A stretch of DNA of 64,000 nucleotides from Octopus vulgaris (taxonomy: Eukaryota), in the NCBI GenBank assembly GCA_951406725.2, contig OX597819.1, positions 56,730,001 through 56,794,000 on the forward strand, given 5' to 3'. Made by a program: the position numbers and the translations under genes. Numbering within the stretch: the first letter of the stretch is position 1; every line of letters begins with the position of its first letter. This document shows positions 53,031 through 64,000 of this stretch, one piece after another. The notes beneath the pieces were generated by a model that saw nothing but the letters and a program-made list of their open reading frames with translations, did not search any database and was not told the origin of the DNA.

Positions 53031-53215
53031 GACGCCATGATAGATCGTTAGCCACTACACACATTTTCTCTCCTTGTTTTTTCTGTGTCCCTTTCTGTAG
53101 AAGAGCGTAGGCTCGAAACGTAAAAGACTTTTTCTATTCCTGAGCGTTATACTAATACATCTGTTTGTTTTGTTCACCACCTGTCTTCGTCTTTTGTTTT
53201 TTTCGTAAACTCCCC

Positions 53216-53218
<3 letters not shown>
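53030..53218 (+). mobile_element. Short Penelope-type terminal repeat with minimal hammerhead-like motif
   Basis: cttt CTGTAGA A GAGC gtag GCTC GAAA CG TA aaag at 53091-53126; related to 54980-55185. Confidence 0.65.
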
Positions 53219-53244
<26 letters not shown>

Positions 53245-53249
<5 letters not shown>

Positions 53250-54060
53250 CTTGTTGTAAGTGCTTGTGTCCGTTTTATGGTTAAGGCCTATAGCTGTAGA
53301 AATATTTTTAGATATGGGAGTATGGGGTGTGGGCGTGTAGGTAGTCGTGAATGGAGAGACCAGTTGAATGTTAAATTATTGAGGAATGAGAGTTAGAATT
53401 AAATATTAGGGGATTTTTTAGGTTACGGTTTTAAAATAAATTAAGGAATTAACTCATAAAATGCTAAGGTAAGGTTGATAGAAAAGATATACAGGGGTAT
53501 GTGTTAACGATCATGGAGGTATGTATGTGATTGTTATGCGTGGGGGTGAATTTACATTTGGATTTATGGAAGAATTCAAAGGTGCGGAAGAATTTGTGCT
53601 TACACGTTGTGGACGTTTCCTTGTGTTTGTGAAATAATTGTGGTAAGTTATGGGTTAAAATTTTGTGAGCTTCTTCTAATTAGAGTTCACAAGTGCCAGA
53701 ATCTGTTATAGCCCAGGATAGTCTATAACGTATTTTTTCTATTAATCAAATGGTGGCTGGCTAGTGATGAGGAATTGCTATTCTCTTTATATTTAAATGA
53801 GTTTAAATGTGCATAATAACCTTGCTTAGAGTTTGTGGTAGATCCAATATAATAGCTGCTGGAGTTATTTGCTATGTTGTGAACGGTGCGATGGTGTACG
53901 ACGTTAAATCTTCTGCAATGGGCTGGCAGCCGGCAGTCTGTCCGAGATCTGAGGTTGCAGTTCTCAGTTCTACCATGGTTAGTTGGGAAGAGAAATGAGG
54001 TAGCGCTACTTGTAGACAGGCTAAAGCCTAGGGTTGTATTAGATGAATCGTTCATGATAT
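53245..54060 (-). mobile_element. Decayed Penelope-like GIY-YIG fragment and 3' UTR
   Basis: ORF 53723-54055: CN..SRTDC.LPAHC..FNVV...YYIGSTT..K..Y.AHLNSFKYKENSNSSSLASH. Confidence 0.8.
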
Positions 54061-54064
54061 TGAT

Positions 54065-54910
54065 GTTACCAATATAGAAAGAGCCGGTTTCTAACCTAGT
54101 TCGAAGACTCCTTCATTGCTATGTCAACATCAACAACAGGGTATTTTTGAATGTTTGCAAGTATGTATGTTCTGTATGTATGTCATTATTCAGTTTTATT
54201 TCAAGATTTCTTGCCAATAGAGAAAGAATAGGTTTCTAACCTAGATCCAAGTCTCCTTCAATGCAATTTCAACATCAACAACAGGGGATTTTTGTTTGTA
54301 TGTATGTATGTATGTGTGTATGTGTGTATGTATGTATGTATGTATGTTTGTATGTACGTTTGTATGTATGTATATATGTATGTATGTATGTATGTATGTT
54401 TGTATGTATGTGTGTATGTATGTATGTATGTATGTTTGTATGTACGTTTGTATGTATGTATATATGTATGTTTGTATATATATGTGTATGTATACTTGCA
54501 CATTTGTATGTTTTGTTTTGTGTATATATTCTCATGCATATAGTTGCATATTAAATCATGCTCATATATATTTAAATGATAAACTTCCGGAAAGTTTTAC
54601 AAATTTTTTTACAGTTCCAGTGATGGACTGGATCTGTCGTCTTCGAATCAGCGTTCTCATTTCTGCTTTTGAGAAGCCTTATTTCTCAAAATTGGTATTT
54701 AAGCAGTGTGTCACACATCCTAGTGCCCCAATAACTACAGGTATGAACTTGAACTTGTTGTGTGGATAGAGTATCTACACGTTTGTCAATTTTCCAGTGT
54801 AAGTATTCTGCTTTTGTTTGATCTTCAGCTTTATGTTAACGTCCGCTGGGCAGCTGATTTCCACAAATGTACACGAAATCATTATATCAGGTCTATTGTG
54901 TTTACATTTC
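54065..54910 (-). mobile_element. R4/Dong-like RLE LINE 3' end with duplicated terminal module
   Basis: Minus-strand KCKHNRPDI..FVEISCPADVNIKLKI..K...KFKFIPVVIGALG (PD..E endonuclease). The 3' UTR is homologous to 62545-62885. Confidence 0.85.
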
Positions 54911-54979
54911 ATGTATGTATGTATGTATGTATGTATGTATGTATGTATGTATGTATGTATGTATGTATGTATGTATGTA

Positions 54980-55185
54980 TAGTTAATCCAAACATGAACA
55001 AAGAGAAATCACAACAACGTGAGGATATGGAACAAGTATAGTGTTATTGGACGCTCAGGAAAGGAAAGAAAGAAGGAGGATTTGACGTTTCAAGCGGACC
55101 TCTTCGTCAGAAACATAGAAAAAGGAAAGATCCAAGAAAGGGAAGACGGAGAAAGAAAATCACCAACGATACACATGAGGCCACA
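54980..55185 (-). mobile_element. Short Penelope-type terminal repeat with minimal hammerhead
   Basis: Minus strand ttt CTGACGA agaggtccgctt GAAA CG TC aaa at 55081-55113, embedded in (TATG)n. Confidence 0.7.
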
Positions 55186-55575
55186 TATGTATGTATGTAT
55201 GCATGTATGTACGTATGCATGTATGTGTGTGTATGTATGTATACACAATAAATCGATATATGTACGGTGAGCAGTTACGACATGAACATTCAATCGTTAT
55301 ATTTTTTGTAGATTCGGTTATGGTTGTTCTTATGAGTATGGTTCTGCAGAGGAAAACAAGTATTTTCAGGCGAGTATGTGTTAAAAGCATTCTCGATCCA
55401 TTACCGAAACGGGACCCAGGGACACTCTGTGTTTTGACTTAATTTGTGTTTCTTCAGCCAAATGTACATGGGACTGATTAATCGAATGGGATGTCTTGGT
55501 TATTCTTAATAACTTCAGCACATTTCCAGATCGTGCTGATATCTACCAATAGATTGTATGCATGGTAAACAGCTA

Positions 55576-55895
55576 GTGGAGGGGCAATGGCCCAGTGGTT
55601 AGGGCAGCGGACTCGCGGTTTCGATTCCCAGACTGGGCGTTGTGTGTATTTATTGAGGGAAAACACCTGAAGCTATACAAGGCTCCGGCAGGGGTTGATG
55701 GCGACCCCTGTTGTACTCTTTCGCCCCAACTTTCTCTCACTCTTCCTTCCTGTTTCTTGGGCAACGCTGCGATGGACTGGTGTCCTGTCCAGCTGGGGGG
55801 AACACATAGGACACAGAAGCCGGGAAACCGGGCCCATGAGCCTGCCTAGGCTTGCAAAGGCTGCATAAATAAAAAAAATAAATAATAAATAAATA
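55576..55895 (+). mobile_element. tRNA-derived SINE with V-SINE-like 3' part
   Basis: TGGCCCAGTGG..GGTTTCGATTCCC head, CTGCGATGGACTGGTGTCCTGTCCAG block and (TAAA)n tail. The tail is also present at 8340-8435. Confidence 0.8.
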
Positions 55896-55942
55896 AAGAG
55901 CTAGAAATAAACGGGTGGCCGCATGACTTAGATACAGAGAGA

Positions 55943-55992
<50 letters not shown>

Positions 55993-56247
55993 TAGAGAGA
56001 GAGAAACAAACAAGCACACACGCATCACAATAGCACGAACACACACTGACATGTATAAGAGGTAATGGTATGTAGCTGTGGTGTGTGTCACTAAAATTTG
56101 TTTTTATCTGGAAACTTAATGTATAAAATTTTGATTCCCTCCTTCTCTCACTTTCAATCTCTCCCCATCTTCTTTCAATGGTATGTTTATTTTCGTTGTA
56201 CATATTTGGTTCGGTAATTTCGGTTTGCACTATATTTATACGATTTC

Positions 56248-56320
<73 letters not shown>

Positions 56321-56436
56321 TATATACGTTATATTTTTCATTGTCTCATCCTGTCCACAAAATTTTATTTGATATCTGTTGCTTTCATGTATCTAAATAA
56401 CTATATGTATACACAAACATGCATATATACATAAAT

Positions 56437-56533
<97 letters not shown>

Positions 56534-56834
56534 CATCATACATAAATATGTCAAAGACCTGGATATGAAACGCTCAGTAATAAAAAAAACCTATGCGCCT
56601 ATGCGCTTGTATGTTTTCGAAGACTTGAGGACGACACTATTGTGGACATGAAGTGCAGCCTCTTTTGGATTTGTGACCGCTACGTCATCGCACACAAATC
56701 GAAGGCTATGTATATCCAACCCAGGAGTAGGAGAGTGCACCAAAATACGTAATAAACAAACAATTAATGAAGTCTCGGAACCCCAAGTTGCATCCGAAAG
56801 TACAGACGATGTTATATTTGTATGGAAGACATTA

Positions 56835-57520
56835 CATCATCATCATCATCATTGTTCGACCGTAGTCGAGACAATGGAATTTACCATGCTACGCCAGACT
56901 TCACGGTCCATCATGGCATTAAGGAGGTCCTGTTGCTGGATGCCTGTATCCCTGGAGATTACATCAGGGTAGGAGAGTAAGTGCCCTCTGGTATTGCGAG
57001 TAGATGGCTTCCAGAGGAGAAGAGTAGAAATTACCTCTTTTTCAGCTCTACAACAATTTCCAGCAAACTGGACTCTCTTACCTTTCACAAGAGATGACAC
57101 AGGTGGTAGTTTCCCATATATTTGCATTTTGGTTGGAAGGCGCTTCCACGAGAGATTTTGAGCTCTCATAAGGAGGCGAGTGTAGGTTCCATCCAACCGC
57201 CTCTCAAGCTTCTTTGATAACGTCCAGGTTTCTGAGCCATATAGTAGAATTGGTTCGACTGTGGCTTTGAAGATTTCAAGTTTGAAGTCTCTACTTAGAT
57301 TTGATGTCCAGATCTTACGCATGTCATCACAGGCTGACCAGGCCATACCCTTTCTAGTTAGAAAGTCTTTTCCAGATGATGATATGTATGACCCAAGATA
57401 TTTGTAATCAGAAACCATATTTAAGGGCGCATTGTTGAGAGTATGGATGATGCAATCACTGTTGGACAGGCACTTGTTTATGTATTCAGTCTTGGCCTCA
57501 TTGAGGTAAAGACCTACACA
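56835..57520 (-). mobile_element. RTE-like LINE 3' fragment with (GAT)n tail
   Basis: ORF 56849-57703: GLYLNEAKTEY, YKYLGS, VEPILLYGSETWTL, AMMDREVWR. Tail appears as (CAT)n on + at 56835-56852. Confidence 0.92.
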
Positions 57521-57722
57521 CATGATTAACAGCTGCCCCCCAAAAGTAATGATTAACATGATTAACAGCTGCCCCCCAAAAGTAATGATTAACATGATTA
57601 ACAGCTGCCCCCCAAAAGTAATGATTAACATGATTAACAGCTGCCCCCCAAAAGTAATGATTAACATGATTAACAGCTGCCCCCCAAAAGTAATGATTAA
57701 CATGATTAACAGCTGCCCCCCC
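57521..57722. repeat. 36-bp minisatellite, ~5.6 perfect copies
   Basis: CATGATTAACAGCTGCCCCCCAAAAGTAATGATTAA starting at 57521, 57557, 57593, 57629, 57665 and 57701 (partial). Confidence 0.97.
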
Positions 57723-58471
57723 CCAAAAAAAAGGTAATAGAATTACTATCTCCCAATGCGACACGGTATTGTCTTTAAAACAACATACAATGTCATACGA
57801 ACAAAGACTGTGGAGAACAGCCTGTTATGCATGAACATCAACACAAGTAATATTGGTGGAACTTTACCAATGAGGTTTCTAACAAGCGCAAACTTAATAG
57901 GATTAGATAATGCTGTTTGGGACAAACGAGAAAACTGTTATACCGACTTAGATGTAAGCTGCCACGCTGATATAAATATCTCCTCGAAAATCGAAGAACA
58001 AGAGGATAACTACGGAAAACTGCTCAGAAATATTCAGCTTTAATACCCAGATTATAAGTTCACATTTATACCATTAATGCTTGCTGGATTCGATTTTGTA
58101 AATGCGAAAGTGAAAATCTGGAAGAGCCGGGATATTCAGAAAAAGAAATTACCAGTTAATTCGCACGTTACAAATGCAATTTTTAAGTGGAACGTTAAAA
58201 ATATGCTAGACTTCTTTCTTAATTCGAAAAACGAATTTGCTTCGGTTATCTTCACTGCAATGATGAAGCTTTGTATGTTTGTTAGAAAAGAATTCCTTTC
58301 TTACGGGGAGACTTCAAATAAAAAAAATGATGCAAGAGAACATGGATATATACGCACATGCATAGATACATACATACATACATGTATATTTATAGATAGA
58401 TAATGCTTGTATGTGTGTGTATGTACGTCCTTCCCTCTCTCTTTCTGTCTCTACCCCTCTCTCTCTCTGTA

Positions 58472-58500
<29 letters not shown>

Positions 58501-58503
<3 letters not shown>

Positions 58504-59017
58504 GGGTCTACGATTAAAATTTATCGAGTAATATGAAAACATAGCAAAAATAAATTATTATTACCGGTGATCTAGTACAAAAGACAAATTAGCCATTGTG
58601 CTACCGACTTGCAATCTCTAATCGTAGACCCTATACCAGAAACCTCTCTGTTTGTCGGGTATGTTTTGCGTCTGCGCAATGGTCTGAAAATTTAGAGATT
58701 GCAAGTCGGTAGCACATGCTTCTAACGACATGTACTTCTAGGATAACTAAGGCTGCTTACTGAAGAGTCTAGCCTTGGCAGATAACTTATATTTTTTCTG
58801 CTAAAAAAGACGAAACTGCAGTATGAGATGAGCCGAGTTTGTAAACGTTTTTGATTTTCATTTTCATTGAATTTATCCACTTTTTGTGCATCTAGTACTT
58901 GCTTCTTCTTTTAGAGGCCTTTTAATGTACTTATATATGAATAACATATATCCTAATGGCTAATTTGTCTTTTGTACTAGATTACCGGTAATAATAATTT
59001 ATTTTATTACCTTTTTG

Positions 59018-59020
<3 letters not shown>
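58501..59020 (+). mobile_element. Diverged relative of the 397-bp retrozyme-like unit, with inverted rearrangements
   Basis: Colinear similarity with 38030-38430 (ATACCAGAAA, TTTGTCGGG, GTCTGCGCA, AGCACATGCTTCTA, GAAACTGCAGT, GTAAACGTTTTT, TTAATGTACT). Three pairs of inverted segments; (TA)n flanks. Confidence 0.85.
58751..58834 (+). ncRNA. Type I hammerhead ribozyme with canonical core
   Basis: GGCT g CTTA CTGAAGA GTCT..GGCAGA..TCTGCT..AGAC GAAA CTGCAG TA TGAG atg AGCC. G-C closes stem II, stem III is palindromic, GUA cleavage after 58823. Confidence 0.88.
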
Positions 59021-59078
<58 letters not shown>

Positions 59079-59303
59079 TCTTTATTGCCCACAAGGGGCT
59101 AAACATAGAGGAGACAAACAAAGATAGGCAATGTGATTAAGTCGATTACATCGACCCAGTGCGTAACTGGTATTTTATTTATTGACCCCGAAAGGATGAA
59201 ATGCAATGTCGACCTAGGCGGAATTTGAACTCAGAATGTAACGGCAGACGAAATATCGTCAAGCATTTCGCCCGGCGTGCTAACGTTTCTGCCAGCTCGC
59301 CGA
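59079..59303 (-). mobile_element. SINE family B
   Basis: Homologous to 2693-2920. Confidence 0.9.
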
Positions 59304-59356
59304 CTTTACATACATACAAACATATATACATACATACACACATATATTCATATATG

Positions 59357-59435
<79 letters not shown>

Positions 59436-60787
59436 AGTGTCTGTGTAAGTGCGTGTTTGAGTATATATGTATGTGTGTGTAATCGTTTGTGCATGTGTAT
59501 ATCTTGTTGCCGTGCGATCCCCCGTCAGTTAAATTTTAGATAATCTACGTTTATGATCAACAGTATTCTATCCTTGACCACCAATATCTATTCAAATATA
59601 GTATATTTATCTTTAATTTATCTACGGTATTATTAGGCGGCCTACCGGTTACGTAGACGTGTTTCTCTGCCCTATATTGTTTATTTGTGTGATATAAGGT
59701 GTAAGAGAGAGCAATTTAATTTTAGTGTATATGTTATATATGATCTATTCTTTTTCCAAAGTAGTCATTATAAAAAAAAAAACCTACCACCTAAATAATA
59801 AATGATTGTAAGTATTTATATATGAGTTGTAGTTCAACGCTACATTTCCATTTCAGTGAAATCTATCTTAAAATGGAAAGAAACTGTACAAAGTAGAAGT
59901 GATAAAACTTTTTCGCAAGAATGTGTATTGCTTGCTGTAGTAATTGAATTAGTTCATCATACTAATTCGAATACGACTTGATGCATTTAATTTACTATCA
60001 GATTCTCAGTGAAATGAATGTACAGTACCATTAGGTGATATGCACTTTTCTAAATTGCATCTTGAAAAACTTCTTATAACGTTTCTCTTTAATTTCAATT
60101 TAGCTCTATAGTCAGTCCAATAATTTCTAATTCCTTTTATTCAATATTGTAATTGTTTCCGTTCATAGCTTGCTGTCACTCTACCTTGTCATATCTTTTA
60201 CACTGTCTCTTTGCATTTGAGTAGTTGTTAGTTTGGTTTCAAAATCTGAATGAATCCTTATAAGGTTGGAGCGTGAAAAATGAGAGCTATAATATCAGGT
60301 AGCTCCCAAGGGCTGTAGGCCCTGCAACTGCTTCTTTACCCCTTCTTCCTTTCATTCTTCTATCATACCGTAATTAGATTTCAAATACATCAGCACATTA
60401 TTTCACCATCCATAAATTTTATCACGGAAATCTAATAATTCTAACCAAATTCTATATGAAGATACTTTGCTTCACGCTAACTTGATATCCAACAATATGA
60501 CTGACAGTTTCAAGGTGATACTGAACCTGGAATCATTACCACAGGAAATCAAATCCATATCTATAGTACGGCATACAAAAAGGTATTCATAGAAATATGC
60601 ACGCACTCATATACTCAATTGAACATACACTCACGCACACATAAACATACACAAACTGCAGATTTTCAGTAGTTACATACATACATACATACATACACAT
60701 ACATACATACATACATACATACATACATACATACATAGATGCATGCATGCATACATACATACATACATACATACATGCATACATACA

Positions 60788-62885
60788 ACTTGCTAAAGTT
60801 CCAGTGAGAATAGTTGAAACCATAGCTGACCTGACTCCATCGCAGGCCACCATCTTCAAATTAAACACAAAGAGTGACTGTAATATCACCGATGGAATAC
60901 AGTATCGGAAAGGCATATTCCAAGGAGACAACCTCTCTGTAATGGTGTTTATAGTTTCCGTAAACCCTTCGTCGTTCATGTTAAGGAAGTCTGAAGAATA
61001 TCTCACTGGTTCTCAAGGAAGCAAAAATAACCGAAATTACACACCTGTTTCTTTGTGGATAACTGAAAACTTTATTCATGAGATGAAAAAGAGCTTTGGC
61101 CTAGTTATAACATTCTCAAAGGATGTACGATTGCAGTTTGGTCAGGTTAAATGTTATATGGTTGCGAAAAGGGTGAAACTATAAACCAGACTAGTAACAT
61201 CTCTATCAACGATTTGACTGTTTCCCTTGTATCTGACGATAGTAAAGGAAAATTTAACTTGCAATGGCACCTGTAACAAAACACGTGTCACTAAAGAATA
61301 TTAGGGCCTAATAAAGAAAATTTGAACCTCAGAACACCCTACATTCAATAAAACCCTGGCCCACAATGTGTTTGCATTGCTAGTACCCATACCAAAATTT
61401 GGGCTGCTTGATTGGTCACTTGATGAGATCCGAGCCATTGATACGAAAATCTGAAAACTACTAACAAGCACACATAATTACCACGTAAACAATGGCGTAG
61501 ACCGCCCCTACCGAAAGTGAAAGCAAGGCGGCAGAGGCTTAACATTGACCCAAAGTGCTCTTGCATGTCGCATTATATCCCTTTAGCAACTCCTTTTAAC
61601 CACAAAGTGTCGAAATGCATCCCTTGTCCAAGTTTGATTACATAAGGCTGATAACATCATAAGAGCTGGAAGACAGCTCCTTGAGCAGCACTCTTCGATA
61701 ACCTAGAATACATGCCCAAAGAAGTCGCACGACTCTATTACAACGTATCATCAGAGGAAAGGATGAGCCCATATGAGCAGAAGACTATGCATGGATATGT
61801 AAGTAGAAAGCTCTGTAATGATAGTAGCATCGATCATCAAAGCAGTTTATCATAGACAAATAGCTGGAGTACTACCTCCCACAGGAACAGGAAATATCAG
61901 CCAAATATCTGATACACAAGAGGGACAGAGATGCAGGAAAAGTAATAAAATGGCATTAACGAGGCAGAATTTGTGGAGTTCACACTGAAGATATCATACA
62001 TATCATAAGCAGTTCTCCGAAAATGTCATCACGGTATAATCTACTGATGAGACATGACGTTGTAGCTAGGACACTATAATGAGATCCGTCGGAAGGATAA
62101 TACCCAGGACGAAGAAATAAGAACACACAATAAGGTAAAAGCCATAGTCACTCTTGATGAAAAGGAATACTGGTGGAATGTATCAGTGAAGACCTCAATA
62201 AAATGTAAGCCCGACAAACCTGAATCATTGATTGGGACAGAGAAGAGAAACTGTGCACAATTGTGGAAATTAGCTAGCCAGCGGATGTTAACACAAAACT
62301 GAAGATCAGTGTAAAAGAGAACACCTATGCTGAACTATTGAGAAATCTGCAGTTACACTATCCAGATTACAAGTTCAGGTGGTTTATACCTGTAATTATT
62401 GGAGCCCTAGGACTTGTAACACTGGCTAAATACTAATCTTGAGAAATTAGGCCTCTCAAAACCAGAAAGGACAAAGCTTATTCGAAGACTACAAATCCAA
62501 TCTATCACTGGCACTGTAAAAATCTGTAAAATTTTCGAGGCGCTAATCATTTAAATACATAGGAGCATGTCTATATATGTAGCTATATGCATGAGAGTAA
62601 ATACAAACATACATACATACATACATACATACATACATACATACATGCATCATGCATACAAATAAAAATACCCTGTTTTTGGTATCGAAATTCCAATGAA
62701 GAAGCATTGGATCGAGGTTAGAAACCGGTTCTCTCTCTATTAGCAAAAAAAAATCTTTGAATAAGCTGAATAATGACAAACAAAAATACCTTGTTGTTGA
62801 TGTTTAAATTGCAATGAAGGAGTCTTGAATCTAGGTTAGAAACCAGTTCTTTCTCTATTGGCAAGAAATAAAACTGAACAGTCAC
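60788..62885 (+). mobile_element. R4/Dong-like RLE non-LTR retrotransposon, 5'-truncated and decayed
   Basis: RT GIFQGDNLS..F...VNP, FG..KC; CCHC relic RICGVHTEDIIHIISS; MRHDVVAR; KPD/E..WDREEK.C..VEIS endonuclease; IPVIIGALG; 3' UTR with duplicated terminal module. Confidence 0.9.
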
Positions 62886-62886
62886 A

Positions 62887-63675
62887 TGCGTTTTTTGTAT
62901 CGTCTTCTAAATGTTTTGCGTTCTTGTCCCAGTTTGTATTTTTTTACATATACATATATATATAGCGGCGCCCGTACCCTTTTTAGTCTTGTATGTAAGT
63001 ACATATTTTCTTTAAACTTGGTACGACTCTATAACACTGTCTCTCTCTCTACCCTCCTCTCCTACATTTCTCTGCCTTTCACACTTTGCACTCCACTTTG
63101 ATCTGTCTCTTTCTCTCTCTCTCTTCTCCTCCTCCTTTGTTCCTTGTTCCCCTTTTCTCTCTCTTCATCTGTCCCTCTTTTCCCCTCTCTTCCCCTCACA
63201 CGTAACTAACTTTGGACTGCTGTCCTTTTCGTGGTCAGCAGCCGTCGAGGCTAGACACATTTTTTTTCTCTCTTTGCCCCAAGCCATTTTTCTAATGCGC
63301 CAGTTCAAAGTTCACCCGTCCTGTCGAAAAGACGCCTGTCTGTGACGTCCTGTTTTTGTTATTATTATTATCATTATTGTGCTTACGTATTTTCGTATTC
63401 TTATTCGTGTTATCATTATTGTGTTTACGTTTTTTTTGTATTCTTATTCGTTCCCGTCCTTGTTTTGTATACATTCGAGGCTTTCTTCCAAGGAATCTAA
63501 TGCGCTTGGCTTAGATTATCCTTTGGGGCTGGCCAGATCGGAGCAATCTCAAGATTAATCAGCCGAAATTGCGAGGATGATCCGGCTTTTGACTGAAGAT
63601 TGAAGGCTTCGAATGTCCCGTCCGCGTTTTTTGCATCGTCTTCTGAATGTTTTGCGTTCTTGTCACAGTTTGTAT

Positions 63676-63682
<7 letters not shown>
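62887..63682 (+). mobile_element. Non-coding repeat with ~60-bp terminal direct repeats (Penelope-type terminal repeat candidate)
   Basis: GCGTTTTTTG.ATCGTCTTCT.AATGTTTTGCGTTCTTGTC.CAGTTTGTATTTTTT at 62888-62945 and 63625-63681. Confidence 0.55.
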
Positions 63683-63743
<61 letters not shown>

Positions 63744-64000
63744 TTATATATTTATATATCTGTGTGCGTGTTTTACATAAATGTTGGTATGTCGAATGCG
63801 CGATAATTAAAGCCATTTAAGTTTCGGCTTTGACGCGCATATGACATAATATGAAGAGCATAACGGTAATTTGAGAGAAGAACATGGGATCACTTGGGGA
63901 CCCCTTTATTTAACCTATGACATAAGTTTCAATATCCAACAGCACATGAAATGTTAATGCAATAAATGAAATTTCGTGGCTGTGGGTTAAGTCTTGCTCC

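Larger units (their letters stand above)
56570..58250 (+). mobile_element. Decayed R4/Dong-like LINE split by an RTE-like insertion
   Basis: EGYVY.TQE.E..PKY and RCYICMEDIT (to ~56834) continue at 57521 with HMINSCPPK..YYLPMRHG and VWDKRE..LDVSCHADINI..KI...NYGKLLRNIQL.YPDYKF. Confidence 0.75.

Noticed and set aside
57521-57722. CRISPR-like 36-bp repeats
   Set aside because: No unique spacers, eukaryotic context and no cas genes; it is a contiguous tandem minisatellite.
63585-63625. CTGAAGA...GAAT hammerhead-like motif (similar weak cases near 29580-29610 and 40715-40750)
   Set aside because: The GAAA or CUGANGA core and the stems are not convincingly intact.

Overview
This is AT-rich, microsatellite-dense eukaryotic DNA. 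The SINE families and (TA)n/(TG)n/(TACA)n landscape suggest an octopus (cephalopod) genome, an inference from repeat recognition. I found no intact host protein-coding gene. The window is a transposon graveyard: mariner/Tc1 relics and MITEs, a Ty3/Gypsy pol relic, RTE LINEs, R4/Dong-like restriction-endonuclease LINEs, a CR1-like fragment, several Penelope-like (GIY-YIG) elements, non-autonomous Helitrons and at least three tRNA-derived SINE families. The most notable signal is a family of type I hammerhead ribozymes. One sits in each full unit of a 397-bp tandem repeat (37885-38795), and a diverged, rearranged relative at 58501-59020 has a fully canonical core with compensatory stem changes. 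This fits a non-LTR retrozyme / circular-RNA system probably mobilised by Penelope-like elements. Several other minimal or degenerate hammerheads lie in Penelope-type terminal repeats. The 'unique' DNA between repeats carries scattered, frameshifted cadherin-repeat motifs, suggesting a decayed cadherin locus. All calls were made by eye and boundaries are approximate.
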